A stretch of DNA of 64,000 bases from positions 320,001 to 384,000 of the forward strand of contig CBDFKD010000002.1 in NCBI GenBank assembly GCA_965248695.1, written 5' to 3'. A model generated the notes under the pieces. It made no database searches. It was not told the DNA's origin and saw nothing but the letters and a program-made list of their open reading frames with translations. This DNA is from Acidobacteriota bacterium (lineage in GTDB: Bacteria; Acidobacteriota; UBA890; WLXD01). This document shows, in pieces, positions 39,557-48,270 of the stretch (positions are counted from its first letter, which is position 1; each line of letters starts with the position of its first letter). The position numbers were made by a program, and so were the translations under genes.

Positions 39557-41226
39557 GCGTCCTGATCCTTCGGGAGCGCGCGCAGCAGCCGTTCCAACCT
39601 GGCGGACAGCTCCATCGGGTTGAACGGCTTGGACACATAGTCGTGCGCGCCGAGGCGGAAGCCACGAACCACATCAGCCTCCTGACGCAGGGCGGTCAGC
39701 ATGATTACCGGTAGGTCACGCGTGTCGGCGTTGTTGCGGATCTCCGCCAGAACTTCGAACCCGTCCAGTTGCGGCATATTGACGTCGAGCACGGCGGCGC
39801 TCGGCCGCACCTCGCGGATCAGTTCGAGGGCATCCTCTCCGCCGTGGGCAATGTGACACTCCACGTTCACCTCACGGAGGGTCGCAGCAACAAGCGTCGT
39901 GATCGTCGCGTCGTCGTCGGCGAGAACGACCTGGTGCTTATGCCCTGGTCCGTGATCCGGCTCGGTGGCTGCCTCGGGCGGCGTGGCCGCGCGGATCAGC
40001 TGGTAACAGCGCAGCAGCAGTTCCTCGTCAGACCACGGACGAACCAGCAACTCACAGCCGCGCCGGTGTCGCTTGGCGTCGATCAAGTTACGCGCTGATC
40101 CTGCGCACAGCACGCCGATGCCACGACGCGCCAACGAGCTCGCCTGCTGCCAAGCCTCAGCGCTGTCGCCGTCATCGACGTCGACCACCGCCAGATCAAT
40201 GCCGTGCAGCGCCAGGTCGATCTCCAACTGTGAGCGTGAGCGAACGTGCGTCGTAGCCCCCGCAGCATCGAACACACGCTGCATGTCCTCGGCCCCGGCG
40301 GCGTCGAACCCGACGAGCCATATCGCTCGATGGCAGATCTCGTCGCGGACCTCTGCCGGCACGTCGCACGAGATTGCGGCCTTCGGCGGGGCAGCGGACG
40401 GCGGCGACTCAGGATCGTCGGATACCCGCTCCGGCGCGCTTTCAGAAGCGTCCGCGAGCACGGGCGCCGCCTCCGCATCGGCATCATCAACGTCGCGCGT
40501 GCTCTGGTTCAACTCGTTCCATCGATCATCGCGCTCTGCCTGTTGGAACGCTGCGTGGACGGCGCGGAGCGCCTCGGCGACGGCACTGGAATCGATCTCG
40601 TCGACACCGAGCCAGCCTTCCAGCGCCGCGGCCGCGTCGCTGATGCCAGGGTGTCCCAACGTGCCCCCACGGCCGAGCCACAGGTGAGCGATGCGGCGCG
40701 CCGCGTCGATGTCGAGTCCCGATCCCACGGAGTCCAGCAACTGCGCCGACTGCTTCAGTCCCCGTTCGATGAAACTGGCTCGCAAGCGATCAAGAGAGCC
40801 ACCGGCCAGCATGGCGCAGGATTCGCCCGCGGGCTCAACAGGATGTTTGCCCTCAGGCTCGGGAAGATCCAGTAGCGAGCGGATCCGATCGGCCAGTTGC
40901 TCCGGATCGAACGGCTTGGGTATCAGGCCCTGAGCGCCGAACCGTTTGTAGTCGAGGCCGCTGGCCGTATCCTTGCCGGTTAGAAACACCACCGGTATGT
41001 CGCTCAGGTCATCGTCCTTGCGGATCTCGTACAGAACGTCTTCGCCGAGCATGTCGGGCATCATCTGGTCGAGAAGGATGAGGTCCGGCCGCGCGCTGCG
41101 GGCATAGAACAGGCCTTGCTGACCCGTCCGCGCAAAGGTGATCTTGAAGCTGCCCGCACGCTGCAGCGCGGCGCTCGCGATCAGGTGGATGGCCGAATCG
41201 TCGTCGACGATGAGAACCTTGATCAT
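39535..41226 (-). CDS. Multi-domain response regulator: REC, Hpt-like, degenerate REC, REC; no DNA-binding output
   Basis: LIVDDD...LLDQMMP...KPF; AHLWLGRGGTLG (Hpt-like); LADDD...VLDVNMP...KPFNP. Confidence 0.8.
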   Translation of the reverse strand: MIKVLIVDDDSAIHLIASAALQRAGSFKITFARTGQQGLFYARSARPDLILLDQMMPDMLGEDVLYEIRKDDDLSDIPVVFLTGKDTASGLDYKRFGAQGLIPKPFDPEQLADRIRSLLDLPEPEGKHPVEPAGESCAMLAGGSLDRLRASFIERGLKQSAQLLDSVGSGLDIDAARRIAHLWLGRGGTLGHPGISDAAAALEGWLGVDEIDSSAVAEALRAVHAAFQQAERDDRWNELNQSTRDVDDADAEAAPVLADASESAPERVSDDPESPPSAAPPKAAISCDVPAEVRDEICHRAIWLVGFDAAGAEDMQRVFDAAGATTHVRSRSQLEIDLALHGIDLAVVDVDDGDSAEAWQQASSLARRGIGVLCAGSARNLIDAKRHRRGCELLVRPWSDEELLLRCYQLIRAATPPEAATEPDHGPGHKHQVVLADDDATITTLVAATLREVNVECHIAHGGEDALELIREVRPSAAVLDVNMPQLDGFEVLAEIRNNADTRDLPVIMLTALRQEADVVRGFRLGAHDYVSKPFNPMELSARLERLLRALPKDQDACQRAAS

Positions 41227-43340
41227 TAGCTTCCGCCCGCCACGGCCTCACCAGCCTCACTGGCCTTCCCGGCCTCGTATTCGCCTAGCGCCCGGTTGAG
41301 CGCGCCGAACAGCTCCTCACGTTCGAGTGGTTTGTTGAGCACCTCGGCCGCCGCGGACAGGCTGTGCTCGTTCTCGCGTCCGACGATGCTAGCGATGACC
41401 ACCGGAATCGCCCGTAACTCCGCGTCCGCCTTCAGCCGTCCCAAGACCTGCCAACCGTCCATCTCGGGCATCATCAGGTCGAGCACGATCAGATCAGGTC
41501 GATGCTGCCTCGCGAGCTCGATTCCCTCTTCGCCCGATCCGCAAATCAACACGCGGCAGCCAGTCTCCTCGGCGTAGTGACGAAAGAGAGTCTGGCAGTC
41601 GCGGTTGTCATCGATGATCAGCACCAGGTGCCCGACGAGAGCTTCGGCTGGGTCTACGTGCTCGTCGTGGAGCGGTTGGACGCCGCAGAAAACCTCGGCC
41701 GGTCGCGCGACGTGATCACCATGGCGCGGCGCCGGAGCATCCTCCGTAAGCAGGATGCTGAACGTCGACCCTTCATCGATCTGGCTGTCGGCGACCAGGT
41801 CGTGGGCCATCTCGCGGCACAACGCCCGCGAGATGGTCAGGCCCAGACCTGTCCCCTCGTACTTTCGGTCGGTACCGCTTTCCGCCTGTGTAAAGCAATC
41901 GAACACCGCATCGAGGCGGTCGGTCGGGATACCGACCCCCGTATCGACGACATCGATTCTGACCGGCCGTCGCGACGCTTCGGCGAGCTGTACCCTGACA
42001 GTGACGCTGCCGGAGTCGGTGAACTTGACGGCGTTGCCGATGAGGTTGACGAGCACCTGTACGAGCCGAGCCTCGTCGGCGCGGATCGCACGCAAGGGGC
42101 GCGGAACATCCAGTCGTAGCTGCACGCCCGTATCCTTGACCAGCGATTCGAACTTGCTCAGGACCTGCGGCACCAAATCAACCAACTGCACATCGGTGAT
42201 CTGTAGCTCTACCTTGCCGGCCTCGATCTTCGACAGGTCTAAGACGTCGTTGATCAGACCGAGCAAGTGCTTGCCGTTGTCGAGCACTCGCTCGAGGTAA
42301 TAGAGCTGCTTCTCTTGCAGCGTGCCGGACTTGTTCTTGCGGAGAATGTTGGCGAAGCCGATGACCGAGTTGAGCGGTGTCCGCAACTCGTGGCTCATGT
42401 TCGCCAGGAACTGTGACTTCGCGTGGTTGGCGGCTTCGGCCTCGTCCCTGGCAACCCTCAGGTCCTGCTCACGCCGCTCACGCTCTACCATCTCGGCGCG
42501 CAGCATCCCGTTCGCACGGCGCATCTTGGCGGCAGCCGTATCAACACGGCGATAGGTCCGGTGAACGCTGAGCATGAGGCCGGTCAACGCCGTGCCATAT
42601 CCAGCCAGCTTGAGCACATGCGCAGCGTCGAACATCGCGTCAAAGGCACGTTCGGACAGCGACATGAACATCAGGTGGCTGCCGATCCCGACAAGTAGCG
42701 AGGCCATGAACCAGAAATCGAATCCGGTGATGGACTTGTACTGCTTGCGCTGGTAGCCGGCGAAGGCGAGGAGGAATAGCGCCGCGGGAAGCATCTCGAG
42801 CGGTCGGTTGAAGACGCCGGCAGCTTCGACAGGCGGCACCGGGACGGTGGCGATGATCACGAAGCCAGAGAGGATCAACAGACAGACCGCCCAGTACAGG
42901 CGCCGTTCGTTGATGCGACCGTCTTGTCCCGCGATGCTCTCGCGTCGCCAGGCCCAGAACGCCAGACAGGCGACTAGCCCCAGAAACAGTCGCGATGCCA
43001 GCCAGCTCCAGCCGATGATCGACGCTGGCGCCGAAGGCAGGCTGGCGGCAAACCACTCGGAGGTCGCCAGGAGGTGGTAGCCGTCCAGAAGGGCAGTACC
43101 GAGGAAGCCGGCGCCGATCACCTGATAGGGGGTGATCCGGCTGCTGTAGTAACGCACCAACGACAGGGTGCCGACCCAAAGCGCCAGCAGGGCCGAGCAA
43201 GCTTCGAGCGTGCTGTGCAGTCCCGGGCCGCTCGTCCAGGTCGCGCCGCGTAGCAAGGCCATGAGGACCGCAAGGCCCAGAAAGACTACCGCCAGCACGA
43301 ACGTCCGACGGCGAATTATTCCCGATCGCGTGTACAACAC
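41226..43340 (-). CDS. Hybrid sensor histidine kinase (MASE3-like membrane sensor, HisKA, HATPase, REC)
   Basis: About 8 TM segments with LHSTLE / GAGFLGTALLDGYH; FLANMSHELRTPL, NLIGNAVKFT, DTGVGI, GTGLGL; C-terminal LDLMMP; GTG start inferred. Confidence 0.9.
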   Translation of the reverse strand: MLYTRSGIIRRRTFVLAVVFLGLAVLMALLRGATWTSGPGLHSTLEACSALLALWVGTLSLVRYYSSRITPYQVIGAGFLGTALLDGYHLLATSEWFAASLPSAPASIIGWSWLASRLFLGLVACLAFWAWRRESIAGQDGRINERRLYWAVCLLILSGFVIIATVPVPPVEAAGVFNRPLEMLPAALFLLAFAGYQRKQYKSITGFDFWFMASLLVGIGSHLMFMSLSERAFDAMFDAAHVLKLAGYGTALTGLMLSVHRTYRRVDTAAAKMRRANGMLRAEMVERERREQDLRVARDEAEAANHAKSQFLANMSHELRTPLNSVIGFANILRKNKSGTLQEKQLYYLERVLDNGKHLLGLINDVLDLSKIEAGKVELQITDVQLVDLVPQVLSKFESLVKDTGVQLRLDVPRPLRAIRADEARLVQVLVNLIGNAVKFTDSGSVTVRVQLAEASRRPVRIDVVDTGVGIPTDRLDAVFDCFTQAESGTDRKYEGTGLGLTISRALCREMAHDLVADSQIDEGSTFSILLTEDAPAPRHGDHVARPAEVFCGVQPLHDEHVDPAEALVGHLVLIIDDNRDCQTLFRHYAEETGCRVLICGSGEEGIELARQHRPDLIVLDLMMPEMDGWQVLGRLKADAELRAIPVVIASIVGRENEHSLSAAAEVLNKPLEREELFGALNRALGEYEAGKASEAGEAVAGGS

Positions 43341-43344
43341 GGTG

Positions 43345-43734
43345 CTAGCCTCCCGCCGCTGCCTGACGTGGACCGTCGATGAGTTCGGCGATCGTGTCGA
43401 GCAAGACGTCCTCGTCCACCAGCGGCTTGGTGACGTAGGCATCGAAACCCAGGCTCAAGAAGCGCTCGCGATCGCCGCTCATGGCGTGGGCGGTCAGCGC
43501 GACGACCGGCAACGAGGCGAGCCGCGCGTCCTGGCGCATCTCGGCCAGGACCTGAACGCCGTCCATTCCCGGAAGCGAGATGTCGAGCAGAACCACGTCT
43601 GGGGCCAGCTCTGGCAGTGCTGCCAGAGCATCGGGACCGTTGTCGAACGAGACCAGATCGAACAGATCTTCGAGAATGGCCTCCACCAACAGTTGGTTGT
43701 CCGGGTTGTCTTCAACCATCACGATTCGTGGCAT
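43345..43734 (-). CDS. Single-domain response regulator (DivK-like)
   Basis: VEDN, LLDISLPGMDG, ALTAHAM, YVTKP. Confidence 0.9.
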   Translation of the reverse strand: MPRIVMVEDNPDNQLLVEAILEDLFDLVSFDNGPDALAALPELAPDVVLLDISLPGMDGVQVLAEMRQDARLASLPVVALTAHAMSGDRERFLSLGFDAYVTKPLVDEDVLLDTIAELIDGPRQAAAGG

Positions 43735-44201
43735 CGCATGTCCTCCAGACGTCGTCGAAGCCGCTCTACAACCGAGGCATACTCACTCGTCAGCAGCTGT
43801 GTGAACTCGGTGTACGGCGATCTGAAGAACCCTTCCGACGCCATCGTCTCGAGGTTCTGGCAGATCGCCCACATCCGCATGGCTCCGAGGTTGCCGGCGC
43901 TGGACTTCAACGTGTGCGCCGCCATTTGGGCGTCATCGCGCCCGTCAGCAGAAGCGGCGCAAATCGCACCGATACGCTGGGGGGCTGCTTCGACAAAGAG
44001 ATCGATCAACTGGCCGAGTAGCTTCACCCCACCCAAGTCGACGAGCTTGTCGACCGTCTCGAGACGAAACGAAGGGTGGTCTCCGGGGGCCGGCAGTTGG
44101 GGGCGCCACGCCGGGATTCCGCCTGCCGCAGCGGCATGGCCGCTGGGCGCCGAGTTGGGTCCCGGATCCCGTTGCCGAGCGCTGCCGTCGTGATGGGCCA
44201 T
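43719..44201 (-). CDS. Hpt (histidine phosphotransfer) domain protein
   Basis: AAHTLKSSAGNLGA. Confidence 0.85.
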   Translation of the reverse strand: MAHHDGSARQRDPGPNSAPSGHAAAAGGIPAWRPQLPAPGDHPSFRLETVDKLVDLGGVKLLGQLIDLFVEAAPQRIGAICAASADGRDDAQMAAHTLKSSAGNLGAMRMWAICQNLETMASEGFFRSPYTEFTQLLTSEYASVVERLRRRLEDMRCHES

Positions 44202-44448
44202 GCTGTATCTCCCGACGATGCGTGCCGTTGTACTGATTCGGCTATTAAATGCTCTTGTTGGACGCTCCTGGCCTGCAATCTAGTATTAAGAGATAAGTAA
44301 ACGCAAACAAAATATATTAATAGTCATAAATTAATGTTAAAAATTAGTATTAGATAGTTAAAGACAGCTCCGCTTCTTTGACTCAGACCAAGAAACCCGC
44401 GCCGTCGCCTCGGGCGCCGGCAGGGACCGCGTCCATGACCGTAGGGTA

Positions 44449-44617
44449 GGGGCCGCTTCCTGGTCGATGTTGGTGCATCTCCGAGGAGGAGCAACAGAGC
44501 AAGCGGCCCCATTTCGCCACTGTTGCTCTGGTCGGTCATCGCCATCCTCGCCGCGCCTTGATCTCGCCCGCAAATCCCATCTGCGGCGCTATCGATTCAT
44601 CGGTTACAGGCCACTAG
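44449..44617. repeat. Partial MITE/REP-like structured element ending in TTACAGGCCACTAG
   Basis: Inverted pairs GGGGCCGCTT/AAGCGGCCCC (44449-44510) and GAGCAACAG/CTGTTGCTC (44489-44528); the right end matches the mini-elements; no matching left end found. Confidence 0.4.
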
Positions 44618-45399
44618 GTGTCTGACTCGACGCGCGGACGCCAGATCGCGTCGAGCGAGACGACGTCGCTCCGCAGTTGCGGATAGTGCTCGAGCTGTCC
44701 GAGCATGATCTCCATGGTGGCCCTAACATCCGCTCCGGCGGCATGGGCAGCTTCGAGCTCGGCGGCGCAATAGAACCTATACGCCGCTGCCAGGTCTCGA
44801 CGCTCCATGCGCTTGAACACCGCGCAGGCGTCGACGACTCGAATCGTCGCCCAATCGATGTCCCGGCCGGCCCGCTCGAGCTCGGCCTGCAGCATCGGCA
44901 GGTCGAAGCGAGCCACGTTGTAGCCTCCGATATCGGATCCGGCGAGCCAGGTCCACATCGTATCGGCCACATCGACGAACGTCGGTGCATCGACGACGTC
45001 ATCGTTGGTTATGCCGTGCACCTCGGCCGCAGCCGCGGGAATCGACACCTCCGGATTGATCAACGTCGTGAAGCTGCGTGCCGACCCGGCGGGCTCGATG
45101 CGAACCATGGCCACCTCGACGATGCGATCCGTGAGGACATCGAGACCGGTCGTCTCCAGGTCGACGAACGTCAGCGCCTGCTGCAGCTGCAATCCTGACG
45201 CCAGCCGGGCGGCCAGCGCCTGCAGCTCGCCGGACCTCAGGCCCGCCTGCCGCCGCGCATGGGACCCGAGGGCGCCCGGGCCTCCGGATCGAGAACCAGA
45301 ATCGACCATCGGCACGATCTTGCGTCGCAGCGGCCACGACATCAAACCTCGCGCGCCGTGCCCACACCGGTCATAGCCGGCCAATATTATGCAAAACAA
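44614..45399 (-). CDS. DEDDh 3'-5' exonuclease (DnaQ/epsilon-like)
   Basis: FVDLETTG, VHGIT, GYNVARFD, AHAAGADV; the true start is probably downstream of 45399 (near 45309). Confidence 0.85.
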   Translation of the reverse strand: MFCIILAGYDRCGHGARGLMSWPLRRKIVPMVDSGSRSGGPGALGSHARRQAGLRSGELQALAARLASGLQLQQALTFVDLETTGLDVLTDRIVEVAMVRIEPAGSARSFTTLINPEVSIPAAAAEVHGITNDDVVDAPTFVDVADTMWTWLAGSDIGGYNVARFDLPMLQAELERAGRDIDWATIRVVDACAVFKRMERRDLAAAYRFYCAAELEAAHAAGADVRATMEIMLGQLEHYPQLRSDVVSLDAIWRPRVESDT

Positions 45400-45504
45400 A
45401 TCAACTCTGTTTATTTCTATCTACTAAAAGGGTTGAGCAGGCTTGAAAATCTTCATTACTCTTGTGACATCGTCATCAGATCACGAGACGCCGGATTCAA
45501 TACC

Positions 45505-48270
45505 ATGTTTGCTCGCAGCTCAGCTTCGAGGACCGCAAGCCCGCCGGACGACGGCGTGAGCTCCGCCCCTGCCGTATCGCTGAGCTGGAGAGCGGCACTA
45601 CTCCGAGACCCCCTGGTGCTCTGCACCCTGGCCGTGTTCGCCGGGTTCATCGGTATCTACACGCTGCCGTTCGTCGCGTACACCACACTGGTGAGCTTCG
45701 TTGTCGATTGGGCCGATCCCATCCTGATCTGTCTGGCGGTGGTGGCGTTCCTTTCGGGCATCCGACACCTGCACCCGGAGGAGCGCCAGTTCTGGTTGCT
45801 GATGACGGTGGCATTCGTATGCTCCACCGGCGGTACCTGGCTGCGCCTGACGATCCCGGCCGCCGAGTGGGAGGCAGTTGGACGGTTCGCCGAGGACTTC
45901 GTCTTCCTGCTGCAGTTCATCCTCATGTTCCTGGCGATCTCGCTGAACCCACACACCGACGAGCGTCGCTGGAGCGTCAACAGCATTCGGTTCCGGCTCG
46001 AGTCGATCGGCACGATCAGCTTCGCCAGCCTGATCTTCTTCTACTTCGTGATCCTGCCGACCTACTACGGCGACGGAGCCAACAACTTCGCCCTGCCGAA
46101 GTCGATGCACATCGCACTCGGCACGATGTTGATCTTCTCCTTCTTCTATATCGCCTCGTTCTCGGCCAGCCGGCGCTGGACCACCATCTATCGACTCTTC
46201 GGCGTTTCACTGATGCTGTGGCTGGCAGCGGATGTCGTCGAGCTAATGCTGGTGACCGGTCGACTGGACATCCCCGGCGGCATTCCGTACGGCACGATCT
46301 ACGACTTCCTCGGCTTCGTACCCTTCGGGCTGGCAGCGGTCGCGGCACGCATCGGGCGGGCCGGAATCGGTCAAGCCGAGGAGCCAGCGCCGGGCTTGCC
46401 GGCGCGCAACCCACGCCAGATCCGCTACCTGTTCGGCCCCCTGGCGGTCTATACGACTTCGCTACCGCTCATCCATTTCGCGCTCTCATCGCTCGGGTTG
46501 CTCGAGAACGCTGCCCGGACCGCACGTGAGACCTGCGTGTTCTTCGGGCTGGTGCTGCTGGGCGCACTCACGCTGGTGAACGAAAAGCTCATCGAGCGGC
46601 AACGCCGCAACACCGAGCGGGAGAACAAGCGTCTCGCCGCCTTCCCGCTCAAGAACCCGAACCCGTTCATGACCTTCGCCGCCGACGGCGCCGTCAAGTT
46701 CCTCAACCCGGCAGCAAAGCGCGTCCTTGTCGAGCTCGGTATCGATGCGATCGAGGCCTTTCTGCCAACCAAGCACGCTGACATCGTGGCCGACTGCGTG
46801 CAGACACGCGGCGGCTTCCGCGACATCGAAGTCACCGTCGACGATCGCGTGTTCTCGTTCGGCTACTACTCAGATCCGAGCGGCGACGACGTGTTCGTCT
46901 ACGTGATGGACATCACCGAGCGTAAGCGTGCTGAGGGGAAGCTCAAGTACGACGCCCTACACGACACACTGACCGGGTTGCCGAATCGAACGATGGTGAT
47001 GGAGATGCTGTCGCGCTCGATCGAGAAGGCGCGCTGCAACCCGCGCTATCGGTTCGCGCTGGTGTTCCTCGACCTCAACCGATTCAAGATGGTCAACGAC
47101 AGCCTTGGCCACCTGGCCGGCGACCGCTTCCTGGTCGAGATCGGCAGACGGCTCGCCCTGTGTCTGCGCGGCAACGACGTCATCGGACGATTTGGTGGCG
47201 ATGAGTTCGTGGTCATCGTCGACGACATCAAGAATGTGAAGGAAGCGACGCGCACCGCGGAACGAATCCAGAACGCGCTCGGCCAGCCGTTGACGATCGA
47301 TGGGCAGGAGATCGTCACCTCCGCCTGCATGGGCATCGCCATGAGCGACCCCGGCCGATCCCGGCCGGAGGACTACCTGCGGGACGCCGATACGGCCATG
47401 TATCGGGCCAAGCAGCACGACCTGGCCGGCTTCGAGGTCTTCGATCAGCGCATGCACAAGCACGCCATCGCGCAGCTGAAGCTCGAGAACATGCTGCGCC
47501 GAGCCATCGCCGCCGACGAGCTGATCCTGTACTACCAGCCGTTCGTCTCGCTCAACGACGGGTGCATGATCGGATGCGAGGGATTGATTCGCTGGCGGCA
47601 CCCTGAGATCGGTCTGGTGTCGCCAGGTGATTTTATTCCCGTTGCCGAGGATACCGGGCTGATCATTCCGATCGGTTGGTGGGTGATCGAGCAGGCGTGC
47701 CAGCAGCTTCAGGATTGGGCGCCGCTCATCGGCGACCGCGACTTCAAGCTCAGCGTCAACGTCTCGAACAAGCAGCTCGGCGAACCCCAGTTCGTCGAGA
47801 AGCTGGAGCGTCGACTGTCGCGCTACGACATCGACCGCCGGCGCCTCTGCCTGGAGATCACCGAGAGCGTCATGACCGACCTCGGCGATCGTGTGATCGG
47901 ACTCCTGCACGAGATCAAGAAACTCGGCGTCGGCTTGGCGATCGACGACTTCGGCACCGGCTACTCGTCGCTGAGCTACCTGCGCGAATTCCCGGTCGAT
48001 GTGCTCAAGATCGATCGCGCCTTCGTCAACTCGCTGCAGGAAAACAAGAAGGATCGGGCGATTGTGCGGGCGATCACGACCCTTGCCGAGAGGCTCGAGC
48101 TCACTGTCATTGCGGAGGGCGTGGAGACACTGCAACAGGCCAACCGTCTGCGTGACCTGGGGTGCTCGCTCGCCCAGGGATTCCTGTTCTCGATGCCTGT
48201 CGAGGCGTGGAAAGCCGAGGAGCTACTTCACGAGGAGACGCTCACCGCCACCGACTACGTGGCTGCCTAG
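45505..48270 (+). CDS. Membrane-bound PAS-GGDEF-EAL diguanylate cyclase/phosphodiesterase
   Basis: About 10 TM segments, PAS-like region, HDTLTGLPNR, RFGGDEF, EGLIRW, LEITES, DDFGTGYSSL, AEGVE, QGFLFS. Confidence 0.93.
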   Translation: MFARSSASRTASPPDDGVSSAPAVSLSWRAALLRDPLVLCTLAVFAGFIGIYTLPFVAYTTLVSFVVDWADPILICLAVVAFLSGIRHLHPEERQFWLLMTVAFVCSTGGTWLRLTIPAAEWEAVGRFAEDFVFLLQFILMFLAISLNPHTDERRWSVNSIRFRLESIGTISFASLIFFYFVILPTYYGDGANNFALPKSMHIALGTMLIFSFFYIASFSASRRWTTIYRLFGVSLMLWLAADVVELMLVTGRLDIPGGIPYGTIYDFLGFVPFGLAAVAARIGRAGIGQAEEPAPGLPARNPRQIRYLFGPLAVYTTSLPLIHFALSSLGLLENAARTARETCVFFGLVLLGALTLVNEKLIERQRRNTERENKRLAAFPLKNPNPFMTFAADGAVKFLNPAAKRVLVELGIDAIEAFLPTKHADIVADCVQTRGGFRDIEVTVDDRVFSFGYYSDPSGDDVFVYVMDITERKRAEGKLKYDALHDTLTGLPNRTMVMEMLSRSIEKARCNPRYRFALVFLDLNRFKMVNDSLGHLAGDRFLVEIGRRLALCLRGNDVIGRFGGDEFVVIVDDIKNVKEATRTAERIQNALGQPLTIDGQEIVTSACMGIAMSDPGRSRPEDYLRDADTAMYRAKQHDLAGFEVFDQRMHKHAIAQLKLENMLRRAIAADELILYYQPFVSLNDGCMIGCEGLIRWRHPEIGLVSPGDFIPVAEDTGLIIPIGWWVIEQACQQLQDWAPLIGDRDFKLSVNVSNKQLGEPQFVEKLERRLSRYDIDRRRLCLEITESVMTDLGDRVIGLLHEIKKLGVGLAIDDFGTGYSSLSYLREFPVDVLKIDRAFVNSLQENKKDRAIVRAITTLAERLELTVIAEGVETLQQANRLRDLGCSLAQGFLFSMPVEAWKAEELLHEETLTATDYVAA

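Noticed and set aside
44240-45500. c-di-GMP riboswitch or other ncRNA near the GGDEF-EAL gene
   Set aside because: I could not identify the conserved two-stem GEMM features by eye; an Rfam/Infernal scan would be needed.
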